From a virus, in the IMG/VR virus record IMGVR_UViG_3300045988_134091, positions 1 to 52,932 of that record: DNA of 52,932 nucleotides. One strand, given 5' to 3'. Shown here one piece after another: positions 43,470-51,053 of the stretch (its first letter is position 1; the number at the start of each line of letters is the position of its first letter). Both the position numbers and the translations under genes were made by a program. The notes beneath the pieces were generated by a model, which searched no databases, was not told where the DNA came from, and saw nothing but the letters and a program-made list of their open reading frames with translations.

Positions 43470-43507
43470 AACCACCCAATCTTGAAACCATATAGGAGGT
43501 ATTCAAC

Positions 43508-43771
43508 ATGAAGTTTGAAACCGTGAGCCCGGAAACCGTGAACAAGCTCTTCAAGCCCACCAAGCTCCAGACTATCCTTGACTCATTTATGCGCAGTGAT
43601 GCTCTGGCTGTCCGCTGCGTGATGGCTCCTGGAGAATACGCCAATGCAGACTCTGCTCAGAGTAGCTATCACGCCGCAATCAAGCGGTTGGGTTATCCGA
43701 TTGCAGCCCGTGTCTTCAATGGGGATATGTATCTTATCAAAATCAGTCCTGACAAGGAGGAGAACAAATGA
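43508..43771 (+). CDS. Hypothetical protein
   Basis: taggagg RBS. Confidence 0.6.
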   Translation: MKFETVSPETVNKLFKPTKLQTILDSFMRSDALAVRCVMAPGEYANADSAQSSYHAAIKRLGYPIAARVFNGDMYLIKISPDKEENK

Positions 43772-43812
43772 GCATTTCTAAAGTCATTCAAGAAGGAGGA
43801 TTTTGAGAAGCT

Positions 43813-44106
43813 ATGAACAGTGTACCATTTCAGTGCTTGGAAAGTTCTGAGCCACTTGGTAGCGGTATAACCAGAGAAATTTGGTTCATTACCACAGCTG
43901 AGGGTCAGCCTGTAAGACGCACAGTGTACAAGGAGGAGGATGGCTCAGTGGTAGCCATTCAGGACTATGGGCAAGGACTGAGTACTGATTTGTATGTTGA
44001 GGCTATGTTCTATGAGCTTTTCAAAGGAGAAGACAACTGGTTGAAGATTCAGACCGACAGTGGGGTATATAGCACCAGTCGCATACAGTTGTTCAATATG
44101 AGGTGA
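43813..44106 (+). CDS. Hypothetical protein
   Basis: ORF track; aggagg upstream. Confidence 0.55.
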   Translation: MNSVPFQCLESSEPLGSGITREIWFITTAEGQPVRRTVYKEEDGSVVAIQDYGQGLSTDLYVEAMFYELFKGEDNWLKIQTDSGVYSTSRIQLFNMR

Positions 44107-44110
44107 AACC

Positions 44111-44380
44111 ATGAATGCTATCAATATTGGATTGGGCAACTTTGTCTCCGCAGACCGGGTGGTTGCCATTGTGAGTCCGGAATCTGCCCCCATCAAGCGT
44201 ATGGTACAGGAGGCCAAGGACAAGGGAACGGCAGTTGATTCCACCTATGGTCGTAGAACAAGAGGGGTGTTGATTATGGATAGCGGGCAGCTTGTGCTGT
44301 CCTCTCTCCAGCCCTCTACGATTGTTGCCAAGAGCACAACAAAGAATGCCAAAGAAAAGGCGGTTGATGACGATGACTGA
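44111..44380 (+). CDS. remA: RemA (DUF370) family DNA-binding regulator homolog
   Basis: [68 protein letters not shown] matches the B. subtilis RemA pattern recalled from memory. Confidence 0.85.
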   Translation: MNAINIGLGNFVSADRVVAIVSPESAPIKRMVQEAKDKGTAVDSTYGRRTRGVLIMDSGQLVLSSLQPSTIVAKSTTKNAKEKAVDDDD

Positions 44381-44564
44381 TTGTGTACTGTTCTCCAAAG
44401 AAGACTATGACAGCATACTATCTCATCTCAAGTCAATACAGATTGAGTGTGAGAATTCTCAAGCCATCAATCTGTCTGGTCGGAGAAACAACTCATACCA
44501 TATCTGTGAGATTGAGAGACACATCGAAGCAATTGAGGCCCTGCTGAAGAAGGAGGGGCTGTAA
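44367..44564 (+). CDS. Hypothetical protein (65 aa)
   Basis: ATG 44367 lies inside track ORF 44292-44564. Confidence 0.45.
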   Translation: MTMTDCVLFSKEDYDSILSHLKSIQIECENSQAINLSGRRNNSYHICEIERHIEAIEALLKKEGL

Positions 44565-44800
44565 TGGATAAAGGCTTTCTCAGGCCCTGTGAAGTCACAG
44601 TTGAATCCAAAGGGGGGAAGACTGTATACAAAGGTTGGTTTCATTGCTGGGAGCATTATTCAGAAGTTGTTGGTGAATCTCCTTTGAGGGGTGGTCACTC
44701 TGCTGGTCAAATCTCTTTTGTTCTTGGTATTGTTGAGAATGAGGAAGGGCAGATTGCCCGGTTTTACCCAACACAGATACGGTTTACAGACCGAGATTGA
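44564..44800 (+). CDS. Hypothetical protein
   Basis: ORF track; its ATG begins on the last base of the upstream stop codon (TAATG overlap). Confidence 0.55.
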   Translation: MDKGFLRPCEVTVESKGGKTVYKGWFHCWEHYSEVVGESPLRGGHSAGQISFVLGIVENEEGQIARFYPTQIRFTDRD

Positions 44801-44806
44801 AAATAC

Positions 44807-44844
44807 AAGCCCTTGTGGAAGCTACACAGTTTCCGCAGGGGCTT
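44807..44844 (+). terminator. 14-bp hairpin immediately upstream of promoter A4
   Basis: aagcccttgtggaa / ttccgcaggggctt (includes G:U pairs), 10-nt loop, followed by gaaaattttt. Confidence 0.55.
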
Positions 44845-44875
44845 GAAAATTTTTCAACAAATTTCAAAATAATGC

Positions 44876-44923
44876 TTGACTTCTTGTAGTGCTGGTAGTA
44901 TACTAATGATTGTAAGGAACAGG
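44876..44923 (+). promoter_or_regulatory. Class A promoter A4 plus conserved leader box
   Basis: TTGACT 44876-81, 17 nt, TATACT 44899-904, then AATGATTGTAAGGAACAGG. Confidence 0.75.
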
Positions 44924-44953
44924 AACACCTGATAAAACAAGGAGGATTACAAA

Positions 44954-45127
44954 ATGATGTATACCGTAACAACCTATTTCAAGCTTGAGCGTTTGTACCA
45001 TATAACGGAAAAGATTGAAGCAGAGAATCCAAAAGAGGCAAAGAAAATTGCACTTGTAAAAGTTTTGTCTTCCAATCCTGAAGCTACAAACATCCGTCAA
45101 AGGGCTCAAAAATCTCACAGAGAATAA
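44954..45127 (+). CDS. Small early protein (57 aa), followed immediately by a hammerhead ribozyme
   Basis: aaggagg RBS; promoter A4 upstream; hand translation MMYTVTTYFKLERLYHITEKIEAENPKEAKKIALVKVLSSNPEATNIRQRAQKSHRE. Confidence 0.55.
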   Translation: MMYTVTTYFKLERLYHITEKIEAENPKEAKKIALVKVLSSNPEATNIRQRAQKSHRE

Positions 45128-45184
45128 CCCAACTGATGAGAGCTGGATGGTGACCAGCCGAAACCAGGGCAACCTGGTCTTGGG
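45128..45184 (+). ncRNA. Type I hammerhead ribozyme HH-1
   Basis: Stem I CCCAA(45128-32)/UUGGG(45180-84). CUGAUGA 45133-39. Stem II GCUGG/CCAGC, closed by G45140:C45159. GAAA 45160-63. Stem III ACCAGG-GCAA-CCUGGU. Cleavage triplet GUC 45177-79. Confidence 0.85.
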
Positions 45185-45213
45185 AAACCAAACCAAACTG
45201 AGGAGGTTCAATT

Positions 45214-45603
45214 ATGAATTACATATACATCAACACCCGTGACAATCGTCAGTACATCCTCAACCCCATGATCACAATGGGTGAGAAGGTTTGCTTGGTT
45301 GATATGGCCAATTGTGAGGACAAGTTTGTATCCCTCAAGACCTTGAAGCGGTGGTACAGCAAAACCATTACTGAGCAGCCTGTTGTTGAACTGCGGGCCT
45401 TTACTGGTATGAAGATTGGACTATTCCGGGCTGAGCTTGCTACCAATACCAACACTCTGTATCTGTGGACCAAGCAGAACAAGCTCCTGACCTTTGACCT
45501 AGATATGGGGAATCAGACCAATGCCAAGAATCCCAAGTTTGCCAATCGCATTCACGACACATACGACTTCTTGGAAAGCTCCTTGAACTGGGTTTTGTCT
45601 TGA
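45214..45603 (+). CDS. Early protein with C-terminal FTG domain
   Basis: gaggagg RBS; RAFTGMKIGLF...FDLDMGNQTN...KFANRI. Confidence 0.65.
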   Translation: MNYIYINTRDNRQYILNPMITMGEKVCLVDMANCEDKFVSLKTLKRWYSKTITEQPVVELRAFTGMKIGLFRAELATNTNTLYLWTKQNKLLTFDLDMGNQTNAKNPKFANRIHDTYDFLESSLNWVLS

Positions 45604-45636
45604 ATCGAAATTTTTGAGAGAAGTTCAAATTTGTGC

Positions 45637-45686
45637 TTGACTTTTCCTTGATACAAGAGTATAATCATAATTGTAAAGAGGAAAAC
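45637..45686 (+). promoter_or_regulatory. Class A promoter A5 plus conserved leader box
   Basis: TTGACT 45637-42, 17 nt, TATAAT 45660-65, then CATAATTGTAAAGAGGAAAAC. Confidence 0.75.
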
Positions 45687-45733
45687 ACATACAGACCGGA
45701 ACACCTGTACATTTGAAAAGGAGATTGAATACA

Positions 45734-46483
45734 ATGAAAAAGACCATCATCACCTACACCAGCCGCAAGAATGCTTCCAAGGTTTACACCCTGGTTTCCT
45801 TCGATGAGGCCAATAACACCGCTGTTCTGACTGATTCCAATGGAACTGAGCACATCATGAAGCTGACCACTCTTCGCAAGACCTTCAAGAAGTCCGTTGA
45901 GGAAGTCGAGGTTGAGGAGCCCAAGACCGAAACCGAGACTATGACCAAGCATCAGAAGAGTGCCCTGAAGAATATCCGCTGCGGATACAACTGGGTCATC
46001 GGTGGCCTGGAAAACGCCGTTCAGGATGGTGAGATGGAAGAGATGCCCGCTGTCGAGGAGATGTTTGAGGAAGTGTACGATGAGGTTACCAGCTGCACCT
46101 TTGATGAAGGTTTCGGTGATTCCCAGGCTGCTCCCATCTGCATGAAGTTCGCTGGTAAGAAGTTCATCCGTGAGCAGATTGCCAAGCTGTTCCGGGCTGA
46201 TGGTTATGAGGTGTCTGAGGAACTGGTTGCTGTTCCTGAGCACAAGACTGGTCACAGCAACTTTGTAGATGGTGAGCGCATCAATCTCCGCAAGGATGAG
46301 GGCGAGAGAGTGGTCAAGGTCAGAGCCTTCACGGGTATGCTGATTGGGACATTCAAGGTGGAGAAGGAAACCAAGACCACCATCACCGTCAAGACTGCCA
46401 AAGGAAAGATGAAGTTTGATCGAGAAACTGGAATCCAGGTTAACTCGAACAACAAGAAGTTCGCCAACCGCATCGAAGTCTGA
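45734..46483 (+). CDS. Early protein with C-terminal FTG domain
   Basis: aaaggag lies upstream of ATG 45734; RAFTGMLIGTF...FDRETGIQVN...KFANRI. Confidence 0.65.
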   Translation: MKKTIITYTSRKNASKVYTLVSFDEANNTAVLTDSNGTEHIMKLTTLRKTFKKSVEEVEVEEPKTETETMTKHQKSALKNIRCGYNWVIGGLENAVQDGEMEEMPAVEEMFEEVYDEVTSCTFDEGFGDSQAAPICMKFAGKKFIREQIAKLFRADGYEVSEELVAVPEHKTGHSNFVDGERINLRKDEGERVVKVRAFTGMLIGTFKVEKETKTTITVKTAKGKMKFDRETGIQVNSNNKKFANRIEV

Positions 46484-46595
46484 TGCGGTGGTGGATTTCA
46501 CGAAAAGAAAAGCAGGGGTGAGATAGGGGAAGAAAAGTCTGTGAGTGCACGATATAATGATGTGATTTCCGGGCTTTTCTCCCCGTTTCCCGGCC

Positions 46596-46625
46596 TTTAC
46601 TTTTCCGAGGGTGATACCTTATAAT
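46596..46625 (+). promoter_or_regulatory. Class B promoter B2 (CTTTACTTTTCCGA type)
   Basis: TTTACT 46596-601, 18 nt, TATAAT 46620-25; upstream of the HD gene. Confidence 0.55.
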
Positions 46626-46666
46626 ATATGCATGAGGCTGAATGGCCAGAAAAGGAGGTATCACCA

Positions 46667-47245
46667 GTGAAACAGTATCTGTTATCGGAGGAAGATCGCA
46701 AGAAGGACTTGTTGGAGCTGCTTGAAAAGAACAATGTTCCGCTTGAGTTGTTCCCGTATGAGTGGTTGTGTACCACAGATTTCTTCAGAGCACCTGCTTC
46801 AAAAGGATTCCACGCAGCATATCCGGGGGGATTGTATGACCACTGTGTAAATGTCACTTCCCAGCTCTTGGATATGAGAGACAAGGGAGTGACGCAAACT
46901 TGGGGCCGGGTTGAAAGCCCAATTATTGTGGGCATGCTACACGATGTCACAAAGATCGGTATGTACATCCTGAGTCAAGACATGAACCCAATCAAGCAGG
47001 GGATTGAAACATTTCACATCAAAAACCCTCTGTACAGCGGCTTTGGTGGACATGGGTATGATTCAGTATGCAAGATTGAACAGCACATGAGGCTGACAGA
47101 AGAGGAACGGTTGTGTATCAGATACCATATGGGTGCCTATGAGACAGATGATTGGAGCGGGTATGATAGAGCAATCAGAAAGTTTCCAAATGTACTCTGG
47201 ACACACACCGCTGATATGTTGGCCTCCAAACTGATGGAGGATTGA
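46667..47245 (+). CDS. HD-domain phosphohydrolase
   Basis: aaaggagg lies 8 nt upstream of GTG 46667; FHAAYPGGLYDHCVNV and MLHDVTKIG (H...HD) motifs. Confidence 0.65.
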   Translation: MKQYLLSEEDRKKDLLELLEKNNVPLELFPYEWLCTTDFFRAPASKGFHAAYPGGLYDHCVNVTSQLLDMRDKGVTQTWGRVESPIIVGMLHDVTKIGMYILSQDMNPIKQGIETFHIKNPLYSGFGGHGYDSVCKIEQHMRLTEEERLCIRYHMGAYETDDWSGYDRAIRKFPNVLWTHTADMLASKLMED

Positions 47246-47249
47246 AACA

Positions 47250-47918
47250 ATGGTTCTATACTCTGGGAACAAGGGGAAACCTCTCAAGAAAAGACACTCC
47301 AACCCGTACTGCATATTTTTCTTTATCTGCTGTGTGCTTCTGATGGCCTCAGTACTGTTGAATGTGAAGGCCATTAACCTGCTCAGGGCCTCTGTGGAAC
47401 AAACCAAACAGGCTATCTCTGTGGCAGAGGATGCACAGACGATTGCAAACCAGGCTGTGTACAATATGAGAACCACAAAATACCCTGAGCTTGAGCCTGA
47501 GTTATGCTGTGACAAGGAAGCCTATGTGGACTCTGTAGCGGCAGAATACCTGGCCAATGTTGCTTGGGGCGAGGCTCGTGGTTGCTCTGTGACAGAACAG
47601 GCAGCTGTTATGTGGTGTGTACTCAACAGAGTGGATAGCCCTTTGTACCCAGATTCTGTAGGGGAGGTTGTTACACAGAGGGCTCAATTTAATGGATATT
47701 CTGCAAGCAACCCGATTACTCCAGAGTTACTCCAGTTGGCTAATGATGTGTTGACCTATTGGTCTAAGGAGGATGACTCTGGCCGGGTTTTGCCAAAAGA
47801 ATATCTGTATTTCATCGGGGATGGTAAACATAACTATTTTTATAAAACATGGGGTGGCAATGCAACAGCTTGGGATTGGAGCTTGCCCAGCCCTTATAAG
47901 GAGGATACGATAAAATGA
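47250..47918 (+). CDS. SleB/CwlJ-family cell wall hydrolase with N-terminal signal-anchor TM
   Basis: YCIFFFICCVLLMASVLL TM; NVAWGEARGCSVTEQAAVMWCVLNRV...QRAQFNGY. Confidence 0.75.
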   Translation: MVLYSGNKGKPLKKRHSNPYCIFFFICCVLLMASVLLNVKAINLLRASVEQTKQAISVAEDAQTIANQAVYNMRTTKYPELEPELCCDKEAYVDSVAAEYLANVAWGEARGCSVTEQAAVMWCVLNRVDSPLYPDSVGEVVTQRAQFNGYSASNPITPELLQLANDVLTYWSKEDDSGRVLPKEYLYFIGDGKHNYFYKTWGGNATAWDWSLPSPYKEDTIK

Positions 47919-48922
47919 GAACCAAGCCTGCAGATACCCTGTATTGCGGAGTAGACAAGGAGCGCATCAAGAAAGCTAAACCTGTGCTGAATGAGCGCAA
48001 TCTTTTGTACCTGTACAATTTTATCAAGCGAAGATATGTCATCCACTTGAGAAAGGATGTTTTGAAGAAAGACCCACCCTGGACCAATGACCAAGTGCTG
48101 CGGAATTTCCGGTTCACCAACATTCGCCGAGAGCATGACAAGGAGAGCAAGTGGGTGATTGAGCACATCGCCAATAACCCTGAGCTGTCTTATGAGGACA
48201 AACTGCTCAATGCCATCCTTTTTCGGCTTTACAACAAGCATGAAACCGCTGAGCTGATTTCCATGCCGATCAAGTTCAGCCAAACCCCTGACTGGAATCC
48301 TGAGTGGTACAGAAGTCTGTTTGAAGCTGCTCTGGCTGAAGATCCTCATGTGAAGTTCTTTACTGGTGCATTTAACACCGGAGGCCTGAAGCGCGCCTTG
48401 AAATGGTATCTTCCCAAGGATGACCCAAAAAACAGTATGCCCATGAGGGTGCTTTGGTTTATCCAGTATCTTATTGGGGAAGACATCGTTGGTCAAGTGA
48501 AGAGCTGTACCAGACAAGATGAAGTATGTAATACATTGTCATCTTATATGGGTCTTGGGAAATTCCTTTCCTACCAGATTTTTGTTGATATGACTTATAT
48601 CAAGGAGTTTCCATTCTCTGAGAATGAGTACACACAGGCTGGCCCCGGCTGCGTTATGGGCCTCGACTATCTGTTTGAAGACAGAGATGGGATGACCTAT
48701 GAGGAATGTCTGTTTTGGCTGAGGGATAACCTGGACAGGCTGTTTGTGGAGGAGCTGGGAAAAGACTGGGATGCCAAACGGGTATTCTGGGATTTGCCTG
48801 AAGAAGACAGGTGCTTCAATGTTATGTCCCTGGAAAATTGCTTCTGCGAGTTGTCAAAGTACATCCGAGCCAAGGATGGAACAGGCAGACCTCGGAAAAA
48901 GTACAATGGTGGTGGAAGATGA
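47915..48922 (+). CDS. DNA base hypermodification protein family (aGPT-Pplase / 5-hmdU-DNA-kinase helical-domain-like)
   Basis: PPWTNDQVLRNFRFTNIRREHDKESKW signature plus GKFLSYQIFVDMTY...GPGCVMGL and ENCFCELSKY, recalled from phage thymidine-hypermodification genes. Confidence 0.55.
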   Translation: MRTKPADTLYCGVDKERIKKAKPVLNERNLLYLYNFIKRRYVIHLRKDVLKKDPPWTNDQVLRNFRFTNIRREHDKESKWVIEHIANNPELSYEDKLLNAILFRLYNKHETAELISMPIKFSQTPDWNPEWYRSLFEAALAEDPHVKFFTGAFNTGGLKRALKWYLPKDDPKNSMPMRVLWFIQYLIGEDIVGQVKSCTRQDEVCNTLSSYMGLGKFLSYQIFVDMTYIKEFPFSENEYTQAGPGCVMGLDYLFEDRDGMTYEECLFWLRDNLDRLFVEELGKDWDAKRVFWDLPEEDRCFNVMSLENCFCELSKYIRAKDGTGRPRKKYNGGGR

Positions 48923-49737
48923 TTCCTGTATTTGTACCATCCTATCAGAGACCTGACGCTGTATTTTTGAAGAGGAGTGTTCTGTACAAGTTTCCTCTAT
49001 ACGTGTTCATTCGCAAAGAAGAGAAAAGTGAATACGAGTGGCTGAAATGTCGCCCTGAAACAACCTTGGTTTTACTTAAGAATGTGGAAAACATTGGAGA
49101 AACCAGACGAGCAATGTTCAATTATGCTGTCAAGAAAGGAATTGACAAAGTTTTCATGATTGATGATGATGTTTCTCGGTTAGACATATCCGTGTGGGAT
49201 GAGGAAAGAGAAGTAGTTCGTGCTTCTGGAACAGTCAAAGGGAAACCTGAGGATTGGAGAAAGGCTCTGACCAAATGGGAGACCGAATGGGAAAATGAAG
49301 CCCTATTTGGTGCATCCTATCGCCCATTCAGCTGGTCTATGAAGAAAGAAGTGTTTGGAGGGAAAAGTCGGGCACAACTACAACAAGCTGTTGGTGTGAA
49401 TATTGCTCTTCTCAACTCTGCCGGCCTCAACTACCAAAGCAATTCTGTAGTTGGTAATGAAGATCTGTTTCTTCAACTGGAGTGCTATCAACATGGACTT
49501 GAGTGCCTAAAGACTTCTATGGTTCAGTATGACTGCCCAGCAATGGGTTCCGGTACAGGAGGATGCAACTCATCAGAATTGGGAACAATACAAGAAAAAC
49601 AAGAAGTCCGGGTAGAACGATTTTGTCGTGCTTGTACTGAGCCCTCTTTGATTCGTGTTGGCCAAACTCGTTCTGGCGTAAAGAGTGTGAAATTTGTTTG
49701 GTCACAAATTTCAAGATTGATGGAGGATACAAAATAA
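48919..49737 (+). CDS. GT-A-fold glycosyltransferase-like protein (TET/JBP-associated-glycosyltransferase-like)
   Basis: N-terminal IPVFVPSYQRPD strand; FMIDDDV (DxD); ATGA overlap with the upstream gene. Confidence 0.5.
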   Translation: MIPVFVPSYQRPDAVFLKRSVLYKFPLYVFIRKEEKSEYEWLKCRPETTLVLLKNVENIGETRRAMFNYAVKKGIDKVFMIDDDVSRLDISVWDEEREVVRASGTVKGKPEDWRKALTKWETEWENEALFGASYRPFSWSMKKEVFGGKSRAQLQQAVGVNIALLNSAGLNYQSNSVVGNEDLFLQLECYQHGLECLKTSMVQYDCPAMGSGTGGCNSSELGTIQEKQEVRVERFCRACTEPSLIRVGQTRSGVKSVKFVWSQISRLMEDTK

Positions 49738-50228
49738 TGAGTAAATTGAAAAGCCTGTGTCGGAAAGACTGTCTGGATATGGCTCAGTCCTATGCTGACA
49801 AAGTCAGTGGGTGTAGAAAAGTGGCAGTGGGTTCTGCCATTGTGAGTGCTGAGGGGAATGTTATTGCTATGGGGGCCAACCGGGCTGTGCCTGACTTGTG
49901 TAAAACACCCCGTGGATGCCTCCGTGTGGAAAAATATGGGGAGGATAGCAAGAATCACAGAAACCCTGAAGACTGCCGTGCAATTCACAGCGAGATTGAT
50001 GCCATTTGTAGTGCAGCCTCTTCTGGTGTGCCTGTAAAGGGTTCTTCCATTTTTGTAACCAGATACCCATGCGAGGGTTGTGCCAAAGCCATTATTGCTG
50101 CTGGTATCAAGAAGGTGTACTATGGTGGGACAGCCCATATAAGCCCGCAGACGGCAGTTATGTTCAGGGCCTTTGGTGTGGATTGTACCTATATCTCAGA
50201 CTGGAAGGAAGACAATAGTGATAGATGA
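49737..50228 (+). CDS. dCMP deaminase (ComEB/T4 Cd-like)
   Basis: CRAIHSEIDAI (HxE) and RYPCEGCAKAI (PCxxC); ggagg RBS; TAATG overlap. Confidence 0.85.
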   Translation: MSKLKSLCRKDCLDMAQSYADKVSGCRKVAVGSAIVSAEGNVIAMGANRAVPDLCKTPRGCLRVEKYGEDSKNHRNPEDCRAIHSEIDAICSAASSGVPVKGSSIFVTRYPCEGCAKAIIAAGIKKVYYGGTAHISPQTAVMFRAFGVDCTYISDWKEDNSDR

Positions 50229-50320
50229 GCCAGTTTCGGCTGAGTAGAATGGCCAGGGTGCCATTTTAAGTGTTCGGAGGTATAAACTACCCACCCCCAT
50301 ATAAGGAAGGAGAAAAGTGT

Positions 50321-50656
50321 ATGGAAAACACTGAACAGTTAGTTCTGCCCACTCTGCCTGTTACGCCTATATTGACCGAAGAAACCTGTACCAAATTGGT
50401 AGAGGCTTTTCAGGCCATTGGAGATGCTATTGTAAAAGCGTTTGAGCCTGTAGTATTGGCTATATCTGAGGTTGTAAATAGCCTGGTTATCCCCGTAGTA
50501 CAGGAGCTGATGAAAAAGCTGTTCAAGATTGCATCACCTTCCAAAGTGTATTATTTGGCATATCATGGAAAGAAGCGTCGAACAAGAAAGAAAAATCTGA
50601 AACGCTTGATGCGTTATTGGGAGGAATTCATCAATGGATGTTACAAGGTTCATTAA
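50321..50656 (+). CDS. Hypothetical protein with basic C-terminus
   Basis: ggaaggag lies upstream of ATG 50321, inside track ORF 50270-50656. Confidence 0.5.
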   Translation: MENTEQLVLPTLPVTPILTEETCTKLVEAFQAIGDAIVKAFEPVVLAISEVVNSLVIPVVQELMKKLFKIASPSKVYYLAYHGKKRRTRKKNLKRLMRYWEEFINGCYKVH

Positions 50657-51050
50657 CAAAAAGCAGCGGGAAGTTCTGGCAAGGGCAAGAAAAACTTATG
50701 GGGACACTGCCCAAATTCTGGTGTCTACGGAAGAACTGTGTGAGCTGGCTGCGGTCTGTTCCAAATACCCCCGGTACCAGACCAAGGAAAAGGCTCAGGA
50801 TGAGCTTCATGACAAGGCTGTAGATGAGGTTGCAGATGTCCTAATTGTACTTGACCATGTCATCAATATTTTTGGTTTGACTCCGGTTGATATTGGGGAC
50901 AGGATTGCTGGGAAGGTTGCCCGTCTGGAAAGATGGCTCAATACATCTAACAGCATGGAACAGACCACGGTAGACAGAAAGGTTCCTGGTCAGCTTCACA
51001 TCACAGAAATGTGCCAGGGAGGTTTGTTTGAGCCGATTGAGGAGGAATGA
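50634..51050 (+). CDS. MazG-like nucleoside triphosphate pyrophosphohydrolase
   Basis: EELCELAA...DEVADVLIVLDHV EExxE/D-type helices. Confidence 0.65.
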   Translation: MDVTRFINKKQREVLARARKTYGDTAQILVSTEELCELAAVCSKYPRYQTKEKAQDELHDKAVDEVADVLIVLDHVINIFGLTPVDIGDRIAGKVARLERWLNTSNSMEQTTVDRKVPGQLHITEMCQGGLFEPIEEE

Positions 51051-51053
51051 CGC

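Noticed and set aside
45665-46501. 278-aa - strand ORF opposite gene 45734-46483
   Set aside because: The + strand gene has promoter A5, an RBS and the conserved FTG domain. The - strand product is low-complexity, has no RBS, and would read into promoter A5.
46484-46595. Long-range pairing GGGGAAGAAAAG (about 46525) with CUUUUCUCCCC (about 46574) and internal TATAAT at 46552 as a terminator or extra promoter
   Set aside because: The stem encloses a 36-nt loop, there is no U-run, and the internal TATAAT has no acceptable -35. I cannot distinguish this from chance. Only the downstream class B promoter is reported.
50250-50270. Small hairpin ATGGC-cagggt-GCCAT followed by TTTA after the dCMP deaminase gene, as a terminator
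   Set aside because: The stem is only 5 bp with a weak T-run, and the downstream genes appear co-oriented and closely spaced. There is not enough support.
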